The notes under the pieces were generated by a model, which saw only the letters and a program-made list of their open reading frames with translations, made no database searches and was not told the DNA's origin. From Ignavibacteriales bacterium (GTDB lineage: Bacteria; Bacteroidota; Ignavibacteria; Ignavibacteriales; Ignavibacteriaceae): DNA of 64,000 nt. Both the position numbers and the translations under genes were made by a program. Where the stretch lies: positions 3,577-67,576 of the forward strand of contig PLLW01000046.1 of assembly GCA_003141435.1 (NCBI GenBank). The letters are read 5' to 3'. Each line of letters begins with the position of its first letter. Position 1 is the first letter of the stretch. Below, in pieces: positions 38,219 through 49,435 of the stretch.

Positions 38219-39910
38219 CTATTGGCTTAATATTTTCTCTAATTTCTCTTTCAATTCTTCCGGCGCTATATCAAATCGCTCTCCGGTTGCCCGTACTTTT
38301 ATTTCAATCTTATTTTCTTTTAACTTTTTATCCCCCACAATTACCTGTACAGGCATACCAAGTAAATCAGCGTCATTGAATTTGAATCCCGCCTGCGCAT
38401 CAATTCTGTCATCATATAAAACGCTGAAACCTGCATTGCTTAATTCAGTATAGATCTTATCGGAAACTTCAATTACATTTCCCTTTTTCATATTTAACGC
38501 TAACAGGTTTATTTGGAATGGCGCTAATACCTTATCCCACACTATCCCCTTATCATCATTATGCTGCTCAACATAACAGGCTATAATCCTTTCAACACCT
38601 ATCCCGTAACTCCCCATAATAATCGGATTCTCTTTCCCGTTCTCGTCAAGGAACATTGCTCCCATCGCTTGCGAATATTTAGTTCCTAACTTAAATATAT
38701 GTCCAAGTTCTATTGCGCTGAATACATCAAGCTTTGATCCGCAGCGGATACATTGCTCACCTGCCTTAATTGTTCTGAGGTCTGCATATTTCAGCTCCGG
38801 CACATCCCTTGTCAGGTCTATTCCGCCAATATGATAATCGTTTTTATTGGCGCCGCTATATAAATTATTCCTGTTTTTTAATCTAAGGTCCGCTATTATT
38901 CTTCCTTTAAATGAAATTGGACCAATCGAACCGGCATCAGCACCAGTTAGTTCTTTCAGTTCATCCGGATGTCCCGGTCTTGCCGTTCCCCCTAATATCT
39001 TTTCAAGTTTTGTCTCGTTTACATCGTCATTCCCGAGCATTAAAATAAGCACAGGTGCATTGTTAAAAATATATACTCTTGATTTCGCACATTGAGTCTC
39101 ATCTATCTTAAGGAAAGCACAAAGCTCATCGATTGATTTTATATTTGGTGTGTGGATCTCCTTTAAACTCTCACTAACTTTATTTATTGAAAGAGCGTCC
39201 ACTTTTGATTCGGCTACTTCAACGTTTCCCGCATATCCGCATGATTCGCAATATGCAACCGTATCTTCGCCCGCCTCCGATTTAACCATGAACTCTTCCG
39301 ATCCGGTTCCTCCCATCGCGCCGCTTGATGCACCGACTACAAAATACTTTAATCCGCACCTGTCAAATATTTTCCTATATGCGCCGTCATGCAGTTTGTA
39401 ACTTGTATCCAGATTTTCATACGAAGTGTCCAGCGAATAAGCATCCTTCATCAAAAATTCGCGTCCCCTTATGATTCCGCTTCTTGGTCTTGCTTCATTC
39501 CTGAACTTGGTTTGTATCTGATACCAGATCTGGGGCATATCTTTGTATGATTTAACAACGTTTCTTGCATGGAATGTTATTATTTCTTCATGAGTTGGGG
39601 CAAGAACATATTCTCTGTTCTTCAAATGGAACATTGTGTCACCGAATGCTTCCACACGTCCTGTTTCTTCCCAGATTTCCGTTGGGTTTAGTGCAGGCAG
39701 GTGGAATTCCTGTCCTCCTATGGCATCCATTTCTTCTCTTATTATATCAACAACTTTCTTTACTACTTTGTATCCGAGTGGCAGAAAAGAATAAATCCCT
39801 GCTGAAAGCATCCTTATCATTCCGGCTCGTAATAAAAGGATATGACTCATTACGACGGCATCGTTTGGAACTTCTTTTAATGTAGGGACAAATGATTTGC
39901 TTAATCTCAT
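38219..39910 (-). CDS. proS: Proline--tRNA ligase (bacterial type with editing insertion)
   Basis: MRLSKSFVPTLKEVPNDAVVMSHILLLRAGMIR N-terminus, class II motifs (FRNEARPRSGIIRGREFLMKDAYS), 563 aa. Confidence 0.95.
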   Translation of the reverse strand: MRLSKSFVPTLKEVPNDAVVMSHILLLRAGMIRMLSAGIYSFLPLGYKVVKKVVDIIREEMDAIGGQEFHLPALNPTEIWEETGRVEAFGDTMFHLKNREYVLAPTHEEIITFHARNVVKSYKDMPQIWYQIQTKFRNEARPRSGIIRGREFLMKDAYSLDTSYENLDTSYKLHDGAYRKIFDRCGLKYFVVGASSGAMGGTGSEEFMVKSEAGEDTVAYCESCGYAGNVEVAESKVDALSINKVSESLKEIHTPNIKSIDELCAFLKIDETQCAKSRVYIFNNAPVLILMLGNDDVNETKLEKILGGTARPGHPDELKELTGADAGSIGPISFKGRIIADLRLKNRNNLYSGANKNDYHIGGIDLTRDVPELKYADLRTIKAGEQCIRCGSKLDVFSAIELGHIFKLGTKYSQAMGAMFLDENGKENPIIMGSYGIGVERIIACYVEQHNDDKGIVWDKVLAPFQINLLALNMKKGNVIEVSDKIYTELSNAGFSVLYDDRIDAQAGFKFNDADLLGMPVQVIVGDKKLKENKIEIKVRATGERFDIAPEELKEKLEKILSQ

Positions 39911-40037
39911 GTTATAATCGCATTTTTATTCAAATAAGTTGTAAAGATAAAGAATTTGATAAGGTTATTCAAAATTGTTCATACTTTGGTTTTTTCCATA
40001 TAAATCCCCATATTTTTATTCGCAACATTTGAAATTA

Positions 40038-41336
40038 ATGCATATTACAAATATTCCGCTTTATACTATCATCCCCTTTATTCTAATGCTTGGATCAATT
40101 GCCTTGTTCCCCTTGCTAAGTCATAGGTTTTGGTGCAAGAATAAGAATAAATTGTTGATTGCTATAATTCTTAGTATTCCCGTTGTTGTTTGGTTATTAC
40201 TTAACAATTTGGAATTCAGGTTAATTGAATCTGTCGTTTTCGATTACCTGCCATTCATCATTCTCCTCGGATCCTTGTTCGTAATTACAGGAGGAATTTT
40301 CGTTACCGGCGATATTGAAGCAAAACCATCAGTTAATGTTCTGTTTCTTGGGATAGGTGCCTTGCTGGCTTCTTTTATGGGAACTACCGGGGCCGCTATG
40401 CTTCTTATTCGTCCCCTGATTCAAACTAACAAAGAAAGAAAATATAAGACTCATACTATCCTATTCTTTATTGGGATTGTTGCAAACTGCGGTGGTCTTC
40501 TTACTCCTTTGGGCGATCCTCCTTTGTTCATGATGTACTTGCGTGGAGCCCCATTTACATGGTTTTTCAAAATGTTTCTTGAATGGTTATTTACAAACGG
40601 GATCTTGCTCATTATTTATTTCTTCGTTGATTCTTATTATCATAAAAAAGAACCGATTGAAGCTTTGATAAGTGATAAAACTAACATTCGCCCCATCAGG
40701 TTAACCGGAAAGATGAACTTCATCTGGCTGGCAGGGGTAGTGCTGGCAATAGCTTTTATTAATGAACAGTACATCCCTTTTGTTCAGCTTAATCCCTATT
40801 CAAAATTTATCAGGGAAGGAGTTATTCTTATAATGGCTCTTCTTTCACTTATTTTTACTCCTCATGTTACTCGTGTTTCAAATAATTTTACATGGGCGCC
40901 AATAGAAGAAGTCGCATATCTTTTTTTCGGAATATTTATTACAATGGTTCCATGCCTGCTTTATCTTAAATCAAATGCCCAGATTCTTGGTGTGACTATG
41001 CCTCCTCAGTTTTATTATTATTCAGGTTTATTGAGCAGCTTTCTGGATAATACCCCAACGGCAGTTACATTCCATTCTCTTGCATTAGGTTTAGGAGTTC
41101 ATTCAGAAAATATGATAGCTGGAATTGCCGAGGAATCTTTGCGCGCAATATGCCTTGGCTCTGTATTTTTCGGGGCTATGACCTATATAGGCAATGGACC
41201 TAATTTTATGATAAAAACAATTGCTGAAAATAATAATATTAAAATGCCTCACTTCTTTAGCTATATTATCAAATTCTCACTGATTGTTCTCCTTCCCGTA
41301 TTTATATTAGTGCAGTTAATATTCATAGGTTTTTAA
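40038..41336 (+). CDS. Ion transporter of the ArsB/NhaD/CitMHS permease superfamily (sodium:proton antiporter-like)
   Basis: Polytopic membrane protein of about 430 aa with [13 protein letters not shown] and [14 protein letters not shown] motifs. Start set at the ATG at 40038 (MHITNIPLY). Confidence 0.55.
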   Translation: MHITNIPLYTIIPFILMLGSIALFPLLSHRFWCKNKNKLLIAIILSIPVVVWLLLNNLEFRLIESVVFDYLPFIILLGSLFVITGGIFVTGDIEAKPSVNVLFLGIGALLASFMGTTGAAMLLIRPLIQTNKERKYKTHTILFFIGIVANCGGLLTPLGDPPLFMMYLRGAPFTWFFKMFLEWLFTNGILLIIYFFVDSYYHKKEPIEALISDKTNIRPIRLTGKMNFIWLAGVVLAIAFINEQYIPFVQLNPYSKFIREGVILIMALLSLIFTPHVTRVSNNFTWAPIEEVAYLFFGIFITMVPCLLYLKSNAQILGVTMPPQFYYYSGLLSSFLDNTPTAVTFHSLALGLGVHSENMIAGIAEESLRAICLGSVFFGAMTYIGNGPNFMIKTIAENNNIKMPHFFSYIIKFSLIVLLPVFILVQLIFIGF

Positions 41337-41346
41337 TAAGGAAATT

Positions 41347-41901
41347 ATGAGCGTAGAATTTAATCCGTGGCATAGTGTTAATCCCGGGGCTGAAGTTCCT
41401 GCATTTGTTAATGCAATTATTGAAATTCCGGAAGGCTCTAAAGGGAAATATGAACTTGATAAAAAAAGCGGACTCCTGAAACTTGACCGTGTTTTATATT
41501 CTTCAGTTCATTATCCTGCAAATTATGGTTTTATTCCCAGAACCTACTGCGATGACCACGATCCCCTTGATATTTTAGTCATCTGTTCCATTGATGTTTT
41601 TCCGCTCTGCATAATTGAGTCTAAGGTAATAGGCGTTATGCGCATGATCGATGAAAATGAAGAGGACGATAAGATTATTGCCGTTGCAAAAAATGATATG
41701 GGAGTTAATTATATAAATGAAATGTCTGAATTGCCTCCACATACAGTGGTTGAGTTGAGAAGATTCTTTGAGGATTATAAAAAACTTGAACATAAGAAGG
41801 TGATCGTTGAAGAATTCCTCGGTAAAGAGGAAGCATATAAGATTATACGTGATGGAATAAAACTTTATTCCGAAAATGAAGCCGAATTACAGGGCAGGTA
41901 A
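41347..41901 (+). CDS. ppa: Inorganic pyrophosphatase (family I)
   Basis: [19 protein letters not shown]...[23 protein letters not shown] is the family I PPase signature. Confidence 0.95.
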   Translation: MSVEFNPWHSVNPGAEVPAFVNAIIEIPEGSKGKYELDKKSGLLKLDRVLYSSVHYPANYGFIPRTYCDDHDPLDILVICSIDVFPLCIIESKVIGVMRMIDENEEDDKIIAVAKNDMGVNYINEMSELPPHTVVELRRFFEDYKKLEHKKVIVEEFLGKEEAYKIIRDGIKLYSENEAELQGR

Positions 41902-41932
41902 ACCTTCGAGGTTTTCCTAAACCTCGAAGGTT
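41901..41932. terminator. Bidirectional rho-independent terminator
   Basis: aaccttcgaggtt / aacctcgaaggtt form a perfect 13-bp stem with a 6-nt loop. It starts at the ppa stop codon and lies upstream of the convergent U32 gene end (41959). Confidence 0.7.
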
Positions 41933-41958
41933 TAAGAAGTAGGTTTAGGAATGTTTTA

Positions 41959-43179
41959 TTAAATATTAACTATTTTATAAACCGTATCATGGGGCCGGAC
42001 AAGCTGTGAACAGGGGAATGTTATCTTATCTCCTTTTTCTGCACTCGGTACAGAATTATCATCTTTAATTATATTTTCAACATTAACTTCTACCACTCCC
42101 GATGTTGGACCTATTATTAGAATATTATCCGATACCTCAATCATTCCGGTTTCAATTTGAATAAATGCCGCACCGGCTTTCTTATAATAATTCAGCACCC
42201 TCCCCATATAATCTTTTCTTGTAGTTGCCTTGCTTCCGTAAATATCAGCATAATCTTCTGAACTCGGAGTGTCAAAATAAAATCCTGTCGAGAATCCTCT
42301 GTTGTAAACCGTTTCCAGTTCTGCAAGAAGTTCTTTCTTTACATCTTTATCAAGTTTTTTCTCAAAATAAAGATCAATTCCTTTTCTGTATACAGATACT
42401 GTTTTAGCAGCATATTCAGGACTCCTCTTCCTTCCCTCTATCTTGAATGAATTAATCCCCGCTTCAATTAGTTGATCAAGAAATTCTATTGTACAAAGGT
42501 CTTTTGGGGAAAGGACATAGTCATTTCCGATTATCATTGATTTACCAATTGCGTTGTCATACACCTCGTATTCTCTTCTGCACGGTTGAATGCATTCTCC
42601 CTGGTTTGCGCTTTTGCCGAAAAGATGATGACTCATAAAGCATCGTCCGCTTACTCCAATACACATTGCTCCATGTACAAATACTTCTATTTCAATTCTG
42701 GTGGCTTTTCGAATTTTCTTGATCTCCTCAAGTGAACATTCTCTGGCAAGCACTATTCTTACAGCACCCAAAGATTCATAAAAGGCAGCACTGTGTGAGT
42801 TTGAAATAGATGCCTGCGTCGAAATACAAAATGGAATATCATATTCTTTGCATTTTTGAATAACCGATAAGTCCCAGCAGATAATTCTGTCAATTCCTTC
42901 TTTCTTTGCGGCTGGAATAATTTCATCAAGATCAGATATCTCCTCCTCTTTAATTATAGAATTCAGGGTCAAATAAGTTTTAACCTTTTTTTCTTTGCAG
43001 AAGGAAACGATTTTAGGTAATTCATCAATTGTGAAGTTAGCTGCTTTGGATCTCATATTAAGTTTATCCACTCCGAAATAAACAGCATCAGCACCGCTAT
43101 TCACAGCAGCAGTTAACATCGTCCAGTCCCCGGCAGGCGCCATAAGTTCCGGTTTTTTGAATTGATCCATAATTTCCAA
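41959..43179 (-). CDS. Peptidase U32-family protein
   Basis: PELMAPAGDW start, TIM-barrel-like U32 core with EVFVHGAMCIGVSGRCFMS and a FKIEGR motif. Confidence 0.85.
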   Translation of the reverse strand: MEIMDQFKKPELMAPAGDWTMLTAAVNSGADAVYFGVDKLNMRSKAANFTIDELPKIVSFCKEKKVKTYLTLNSIIKEEEISDLDEIIPAAKKEGIDRIICWDLSVIQKCKEYDIPFCISTQASISNSHSAAFYESLGAVRIVLARECSLEEIKKIRKATRIEIEVFVHGAMCIGVSGRCFMSHHLFGKSANQGECIQPCRREYEVYDNAIGKSMIIGNDYVLSPKDLCTIEFLDQLIEAGINSFKIEGRKRSPEYAAKTVSVYRKGIDLYFEKKLDKDVKKELLAELETVYNRGFSTGFYFDTPSSEDYADIYGSKATTRKDYMGRVLNYYKKAGAAFIQIETGMIEVSDNILIIGPTSGVVEVNVENIIKDDNSVPSAEKGDKITFPCSQLVRPHDTVYKIVNI

Positions 43180-43294
43180 TAATAATAATGCTTAAAATTA
43201 TTATTAAGAATCCTCTTTTCCTATCCTATTATCTTCCTAAATGTTTCAGATGTTTCAGATAATAGTCAATTTCCACTTTCCGCAAGAACCATTA

Positions 43295-43318
43295 AAAAGG
43301 CTGCCGGGGCAGCCTTTT
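43295..43318 (-). terminator. Rho-independent terminator of pepT
   Basis: The aaaaggctgcc/ggcagcctttt complementary arms leave only a 2-nt gap, so the actual stem must be shorter with a ccgggg-type loop. A T run follows on the minus strand. About 25 nt downstream of the pepT stop. Confidence 0.6.
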
Positions 43319-43342
43319 CATTTTTATTATCTGTATACGAAC

Positions 43343-44593
43343 TTAATGCTTTGCTTCCCAGATCTTTGCAATTTCAATTATTACACGAACTGCCATTTCC
43401 ATGTCCTGGATTGATATCCATTCCAGTTTAGAATGGAAACTGTGTTCTCCTGCAAAAATATTTGGAGTTGGAAGTCCCATAAAGGATAGCCTTGATCCGT
43501 CCGTTCCTCCTCTTATTGGTGATAATATCGGTTCAATTTTAAGGTTTTTCATTGCCTGGATTGCATAATCTACTACTTGCGGATTTTTATCCAGAATTTC
43601 AATCATGTTCCTATACTGCTCAGTAACTTCAAATTCCAGCCTTGTCCCTGGGTATTTTTTTGCCGTTTTCTCTGCCAGTTCCTTCAGAAAATCCTCATAT
43701 TCTTTCAGCTTTGGAGTCTCAAAATCCCTTATAATAAATTTCAATATTGCAAGTTCTTCATTGCTGTTAACATTTGTGCAGTGAACATAACCTTCCCGCT
43801 TGTCGGTAGTCTCAGGCGATAGTCTATCCTTTGGAAGACTTTCAAGAAAATCTGCGGCTACTCTTACTGCATTGATCATTTTTCCCTTCGCATATCCGGG
43901 ATGGATGTTCTTACCATGAAATTTTATAACAACTCCATCAGCACTGAATGTTTCAGATTCGACCTCACCTTTACTTGAGCCGTCCACAGTATAACCATAG
44001 TTTGCTCCAAGTGCCGGAAGATTGATCTTCTCTGTACCCCTGCCGACTTCTTCATCAGGAGTAAAACAGATTTTGATTTCGCCATGTTTCACTTCAGGAT
44101 GAGCAAGGAAATAATTTGTAGCATCCATTATCTCTGCAACGCCTGCCTTATTATCTGCGCCCAGTAATGTAGTGCCGTCAGTTGTTATTATATCATAGCC
44201 TATCATATTCTGAAGGTCAGGGTTTTCACTTGCCTTAATTACCTGGTGCGGATCATTGGGAAGCTTTATATCTCCTCCGCGGTAATTTTTATGAATTATT
44301 GGTTTTACATTTTCTCCCGATACTGCCGGTGAAGTATCAACATGAGCTATGAATGCAATTACAGGGACTTTTTTCTCAGTATTGGATGGAAGTGTAGCCA
44401 TAACATATCCATTCGCATCCATATGGGCATCTTTAAGCCCCATCCCTTTTAGTTCTTTTGCAAGGTCTGCTGAAAGAATTTTCTGTTTTGCTGTGCTGGG
44501 AAAGCAAGCAGCGTCCTCATCCGACTGAGTATCATATTTTACATATTTTAAAAACTTCTCGGCACATGTGAATTTATATTTATCATCAAACAT
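43343..44593 (-). CDS. pepT: Peptidase T (tripeptide aminopeptidase, M20B)
   Basis: FLKYVKYDTQSDE...IAHVDTSP...LGADNKAG...FTPDEEVGRG are M20/PepT motifs. Start set at the internal ATG (MFDDKYKF). Confidence 0.9.
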   Translation of the reverse strand: MFDDKYKFTCAEKFLKYVKYDTQSDEDAACFPSTAKQKILSADLAKELKGMGLKDAHMDANGYVMATLPSNTEKKVPVIAFIAHVDTSPAVSGENVKPIIHKNYRGGDIKLPNDPHQVIKASENPDLQNMIGYDIITTDGTTLLGADNKAGVAEIMDATNYFLAHPEVKHGEIKICFTPDEEVGRGTEKINLPALGANYGYTVDGSSKGEVESETFSADGVVIKFHGKNIHPGYAKGKMINAVRVAADFLESLPKDRLSPETTDKREGYVHCTNVNSNEELAILKFIIRDFETPKLKEYEDFLKELAEKTAKKYPGTRLEFEVTEQYRNMIEILDKNPQVVDYAIQAMKNLKIEPILSPIRGGTDGSRLSFMGLPTPNIFAGEHSFHSKLEWISIQDMEMAVRVIIEIAKIWEAKH

Positions 44594-44730
44594 TATAACC
44601 TCAATTTGTATATTTTTGTTTAATAAACTATTAAATTTTTCTTCCTCATACAAGTAACATTATTCAATTATAAATAGATTACCTCAGAGAATTATCACAA
44701 TAAAAATATATTAAATTTGTAAATAAGAAA

Positions 44731-45366
44731 ATGAATGATAATAGAAATTATACGTTTCCTGATGATTATCAGGAAGAAAGAAGTGAATATCAACTAATAT
44801 TGGATTTGATTTCTCTGAAATCAAAAGTCATTGACCTTGGATGTGGGAATGGTGTTTTGTTAGAAAAATTAATAAAATCTAAATATGTAATTGGAACTGG
44901 TGTGGAATTATCCTCAAGTGGTGTGAAAATTTGTAAGGATAAAGGACTAAATGTGATTCAGGGGAGAATTGATGAGCAAATTAATTTTCAGGATAATGCT
45001 TTTGATTATTCAATTTGTAATGTAACTATTCAGATGGTTCTATATCCTGAAATCCTTTTAAGTGAGATGAAAAGAATTTCTAAATATCAGATTATTTCTT
45101 TCCCTAATTTTGGTTTTTATAAAAACAGATTGGAATTTTTGATAAAAGGTGGAATGCCTCTTCATTCCTTATTCGGATACAAATGGTATTCTACCGGACA
45201 TATTCATCAATGTTCTATAAATGATTTTTATATACTGATTCATGAGATTGGTTTGCATGTATTGGAACATAAACATTTAAATACCGTGAACCCCCTAAAA
45301 AAAATGATGATGGATTTGTTTCCTAATCTTTTTCAGCTCGTACCAGTCTTTTTATTAACGAAATAA
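44731..45366 (+). CDS. MetW-like SAM-dependent methyltransferase
   Basis: VIDLGCGNGVLLEKL, NVIQG..DE, ISFPNFG and WY.TGHIH.CSINDF closely parallel Pseudomonas MetW as I recall it. No metX is adjacent. Confidence 0.65.
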   Translation: MNDNRNYTFPDDYQEERSEYQLILDLISLKSKVIDLGCGNGVLLEKLIKSKYVIGTGVELSSSGVKICKDKGLNVIQGRIDEQINFQDNAFDYSICNVTIQMVLYPEILLSEMKRISKYQIISFPNFGFYKNRLEFLIKGGMPLHSLFGYKWYSTGHIHQCSINDFYILIHEIGLHVLEHKHLNTVNPLKKMMMDLFPNLFQLVPVFLLTK

Positions 45367-45374
45367 TATCTTCC

Positions 45375-46865
45375 TTAATTTATTTTCTTAATTACAACCC
45401 GTCTGTTTTTGGTTCTTCCGGCTTCGGTTTTATTACTGGCAATTGGATTTGCATTACCTTTCCCATATACCATAAAACGGTTTCTTGTTATACCTTTGGA
45501 AACAAAATAATTAACAACGGATTGAGCGCGTTCAAGTGAAATTTTTACATTCTTCTTATTCAAACCGGAATTATCCGTATACCCCTCTATTGTCCATCTC
45601 GAAAGGGGATTTTTCTTCATGGTTGCCAATAAATTATTTAATTCAGGATATGCAGCAGGCAGAATCTCAGATTGACCTAAATAAAAATTTGCACCCACGC
45701 TTAATACTACTTCATTTACTTCCTGATCTTCCGGTTTTTGAATATCCTCTTTTTTCAGTATCTCTTTTGTGATTATAGGACATCCGTTTGGATCAACTTT
45801 TGTTCCAGGTGGTGTGTCTGGGCATTTGTCAAGATAATCAGGTACTCCGTCGCCGTCTGAATCCAGCGGACAGCCATTTTTATCTACCTCAACTCCATGA
45901 GGAGTATTAGGGCATTTGTCAAGATAATCAGGTACTCCATCTCCATCCATGTCAAAAGGACATCCCAGGTCATCTACTTTTACGCCATGAGGTGTGTTGG
46001 GACAAATATCCAGGTAATCTGGAACTCCGTCTCCATCTGAATCAAGGGGACATCCATTCATATCTGCTTTAACACCCTTCGGTGTATTTGGGCATTTATC
46101 AAGATAATCGGGTACGCCATCACCGTCTGCGTCTAATGGACATCCAAATTCATCCACCCTTATCCCGGTTGGCGTATCTGGGCATTTATCTTTGGAATCT
46201 GGAACCCCGTCGCCGTCACTGTCTCTGTCGGAAAAGAATGCAAAGGAAAACCCTGCTGAAATATGAAAGAACAGATCATTCTTGGGTCCTGTTATTAAAT
46301 CATCCCAGTAATTATGGGGAGAGACCTGAACTCCTCCATTTAAATTAAAACTTAAATTATCAGTTAATAAAAATCTTGAGCCGAGTTCACTGTTAAAATT
46401 AAATTCATGTCTGGGATAGGCTTCGGCAGCATTATTATGAAGTCTGGTAGCATCATTGCCGCTTTTAGGGTCAAACCAAAGATATGAACCCCCGGCAAAG
46501 AAATAAGGGAAAACACTTTCTCCAGCCTGAAGCATATAAACAAAACCGCCCCCTGTATAGCTTATATTTGTCCTATATATTTCTGGAGTTTTAGTAATAT
46601 CCTTCCCCCCAATAAAACCCGATCCGCCGAATAGCCTCAATCCGAATGAGCTTTTTGTGACGGTTGGGAAAAAATATTCCAGTGATGCATTGCCCAGATA
46701 TTGCGGATGAATATTAGAATAATTTGTCATACCTATTGTAGCCCCTCCCTCAAATGTTAACACGGTGGTGCCTGAGAACGCGTGATAATATGTTTTATTT
46801 GTCTGGGCGAATGAATAGGATATTATTATTAAAGTCAGCAGGGTGGTAAAAAGAATTCTCATCAA
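45375..46865 (-). CDS. OmpA-family outer-membrane protein with thrombospondin type-3 repeats
   Basis: N-terminal beta-barrel-like region, five DxDGDGVPDxxDKCP repeats, and a C-terminal OmpA_C domain (IEGYTDNSG...NRRVVI). Confidence 0.9.
   Translation of the reverse strand: MMRILFTTLLTLIIISYSFAQTNKTYYHAFSGTTVLTFEGGATIGMTNYSNIHPQYLGNASLEYFFPTVTKSSFGLRLFGGSGFIGGKDITKTPEIYRTNISYTGGGFVYMLQAGESVFPYFFAGGSYLWFDPKSGNDATRLHNNAAEAYPRHEFNFNSELGSRFLLTDNLSFNLNGGVQVSPHNYWDDLITGPKNDLFFHISAGFSFAFFSDRDSDGDGVPDSKDKCPDTPTGIRVDEFGCPLDADGDGVPDYLDKCPNTPKGVKADMNGCPLDSDGDGVPDYLDICPNTPHGVKVDDLGCPFDMDGDGVPDYLDKCPNTPHGVEVDKNGCPLDSDGDGVPDYLDKCPDTPPGTKVDPNGCPIITKEILKKEDIQKPEDQEVNEVVLSVGANFYLGQSEILPAAYPELNNLLATMKKNPLSRWTIEGYTDNSGLNKKNVKISLERAQSVVNYFVSKGITRNRFMVYGKGNANPIASNKTEAGRTKNRRVVIKKIN
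45777..46229 (-). repeat. In-frame tandem coding repeat, 5 x about 90 nt (TSP3 calcium-binding units)
   Basis: Units D(S/A/M)DGDGVPD(Y/S)(L/K)D(K/I)CP(N/D)TP.G..VD..GCP(L/F) occupy residues 213-363 of the OmpA-like protein. Confidence 0.85.
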
Positions 46866-46920
46866 CTTTTCTAATATGAATTATTAGATTTTATAAATTT
46901 AAGCATTTGATTCAATTATT

Positions 46921-48006
46921 CTAAAACCTATTAAGAACTGATATTACTTTATGTATATCTTTCTCTGTATGGAAGTATGAAATTGGCAGGCTTAATGTTG
47001 TTTCATGAATTTCTTCGGAAATAGGGAAATTATTATCTGTTATTATCCCACTCATTGCTTTTTGTTTATGGGGTGGTATCGGGTAGTGAATATCTGTTTT
47101 GATTTCATTCTTTAATAAATATTCTTTTAGCTTGTCCCTTTGTTCATGCCTTATATTAAAAACATGATACACATCAAAATGATCATCATCTTGAATGGGT
47201 TTTATAAAATCATTTTTCAATTCATGGAAATAAATATTGGCAAGTTTTCTTTTGTGGGCATTAATTTCATCCAACTTCTTCAGTTTTATGGAAAGAAATC
47301 CCGCCTGGATTTCGTCAAGTCTCGAATTATACCCGGCAATTTCATTGTAATATTTTATATCTGAACCGTAATTTCTTAATCTTCTGATTATTGAGTTAAA
47401 TTCATCTGAATTAGTAATCACCGCCCCGGCATCTCCCAGAGCACCCAGGTTTTTAGTCGGATAAAAACTAAAGGCTCCGAACTCTCCAAAGGTTCCGGAA
47501 ATTCTTCCTTTATATTTAGCGCCATGCGACTGTGCGCAGTCTTCAATCAAACTGAGATTATATTTTCTGCACAGTTCCATTATAGGATCCATATCGCAAG
47601 ATCTGCCATACAGGTGCACTATCATTAACGCTTTTGTTTTATTAGTGATTTTTTCTTCAATTCTGGAAGGATCTATATTATATGATCTGATATCCGGTTC
47701 CACCAATATTGGCTTTAATCCTGCCTGGACTATTGATAAGATTGTCGCTATGTATGTGTTGGAAGGAGTAATTATTTCAGAATCTACTTTTGGATTCAGT
47801 GCTTTTAATGAAAGAAGTAATGCGTCTAATCCAGAGGCAACTCCGATGCAGTGCTTTGCGCCTATATACGAAGCAAATTCATTTTCAAACTTTTTAACTC
47901 TATCGCCGAGTATATACCATCCCTTTTCAAGAGTATCAGCAAAATCTTTTTTATATTCCTCAAAAAATGGTTGGTTCACCTTGCCAAGATTTTCGTATTC
48001 TATCAT
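46921..48006 (-). CDS. DegT/DnrJ/EryC1/StrS-family PLP-dependent sugar aminotransferase (FdtB/QdtB/WecE-like)
   Basis: Family motifs: [27 protein letters not shown], and Lys in [16 protein letters not shown]. 4-nt overlap with the upstream isomerase gene. Confidence 0.85.
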   Translation of the reverse strand: MIEYENLGKVNQPFFEEYKKDFADTLEKGWYILGDRVKKFENEFASYIGAKHCIGVASGLDALLLSLKALNPKVDSEIITPSNTYIATILSIVQAGLKPILVEPDIRSYNIDPSRIEEKITNKTKALMIVHLYGRSCDMDPIMELCRKYNLSLIEDCAQSHGAKYKGRISGTFGEFGAFSFYPTKNLGALGDAGAVITNSDEFNSIIRRLRNYGSDIKYYNEIAGYNSRLDEIQAGFLSIKLKKLDEINAHKRKLANIYFHELKNDFIKPIQDDDHFDVYHVFNIRHEQRDKLKEYLLKNEIKTDIHYPIPPHKQKAMSGIITDNNFPISEEIHETTLSLPISYFHTEKDIHKVISVLNRF

Positions 48007-48368
48007 TTGTAATCTTCCCAGATATAATCATCCGGATCAAAACAGGTGGAAGCTAAAACAAGTAAAACTGCATCAGGACTAAAATTATGCATAGAATGGT
48101 AATCCTTAGTTTCAAGGATAAGGCATTTGTTCGGATGATCTAATATAAATTCTTCCTTCTTTTCCCCGTCATTATTCGAAACTTTACAACTCCCGTGAAT
48201 ACAAATAGCTGCCTGTATAGTGGATTTATGCCTGTGTCCTCCTCTTTTGGATTCGTCCACTCCATAAATGTAGAAAATCCTTTTTATTTCAAAAGGGATC
48301 TCTTTCTCAATTACAGTTAAATTTCCTCTCTTGTCGGAATGTGTTTTTAATGTTATAGAATATGCCAT
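48003..48368 (-). CDS. FdtA/WxcM-like cupin NDP-4-keto-6-deoxyhexose 3,4-ketoisomerase
   Basis: [27 protein letters not shown]...RGGHRHK...VLLVLAS parallels FdtA (RGFHAHK catalytic His pair). Confidence 0.75.
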   Translation of the reverse strand: MAYSITLKTHSDKRGNLTVIEKEIPFEIKRIFYIYGVDESKRGGHRHKSTIQAAICIHGSCKVSNNDGEKKEEFILDHPNKCLILETKDYHSMHNFSPDAVLLVLASTCFDPDDYIWEDYK

Positions 48369-48371
48369 TTG

Positions 48372-49373
48372 CTACCTTAAAAAATCAAATTTATCAAAGA
48401 TATTATAAATTCCATAAATTTTTCTATAAATGTATAATATCGGGGTTTTCCATCCAGTTGGTTTAACGGATGTACCGTGCGGATCAAATGAATTATCGTT
48501 TTCAGAAATCCTTTCTTTAAGTTCTTCAAGGAATTTTATATGGGGTCTATAGAAAACATTTAATACGTTTTCAGTTAAGGTTCTTCTTCCTAATTCAATT
48601 TTACCATTGGTATAAAATTTAAGATAATGAAAATGATAAAAGATCGCATCAAATTTCCTGCCTGTTGAAATCTCTGTCCCGGTTATCTTATCATTTGTTT
48701 TTTCAAATGCATATTGTTGTATATTCCATGCCGCAAGCCCTCCTCCCAGATGCTGAAGTACATGAACTCCTTGGAATCTTTCTGTCCAATCCTCCAGGTA
48801 TAACTGATCCCCGAACTTTCCATCTTCATATCTTGCATAACACCATTCAATACACCGAGCCCTCCACCATCTGAGTGCTGTTAAACCTTGGTCATTATGT
48901 TTGATGGTGATAAATTGGACACAGTACTTGCCGGCTTTTAATTGCTTATTATATTGAGGAGAATAACGGTGCTCAGTAATTAATATTGATTGATTTCCCA
49001 TTTCTTCGAAAATAGGTTTAGGAGAGGAATAGAAGAATAAGTCAGCATCCAGATATGTACAGCTTTCCACGTTATATTTCTCAAGTATGTAAAGTATTGT
49101 TGAAGATGTGCAGGTCCAGCAGTACTCTGCTATTGATCTTGTTTGCTTTATTTCTAAAAGCTCTTCATCTTCAAATTCTTTAAGGGAAATTATGGTTGCT
49201 TTATTTAGTTCCATCCCCTTTAATAGATCATATGCTCTTTGATCAAAGGCGAAAATATAAATATGAAAATCAGGGCATTTTTTTTCAAGTGAATAATATA
49301 ATGCCAGCCCTCGTGTGAAATAATTTGAGTCGAACAAAGTACAGAAATTCAAAATCTTTTTACTTTCTCCCAT
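48372..49373 (-). CDS. GT-A-fold glycosyltransferase (GT8-like, DxD)
   Basis: FCTLFDSNYFTRGLALYYSL N-terminus and a YLDADLFFY DxD motif. Confidence 0.5.
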   Translation of the reverse strand: MGESKKILNFCTLFDSNYFTRGLALYYSLEKKCPDFHIYIFAFDQRAYDLLKGMELNKATIISLKEFEDEELLEIKQTRSIAEYCWTCTSSTILYILEKYNVESCTYLDADLFFYSSPKPIFEEMGNQSILITEHRYSPQYNKQLKAGKYCVQFITIKHNDQGLTALRWWRARCIEWCYARYEDGKFGDQLYLEDWTERFQGVHVLQHLGGGLAAWNIQQYAFEKTNDKITGTEISTGRKFDAIFYHFHYLKFYTNGKIELGRRTLTENVLNVFYRPHIKFLEELKERISENDNSFDPHGTSVKPTGWKTPILYIYRKIYGIYNIFDKFDFLR

Positions 49374-49435
49374 GATTTTTTAAGGGGGCTGACTTGTTTT
49401 ATTCATAATATTCTTGCCACAGCAAAACCCCCTGA

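Noticed and set aside
47645-48082. 145-aa plus-strand ORF
   Set aside because: Antisense to the DegT aminotransferase and FdtA-like genes, so a shadow ORF.
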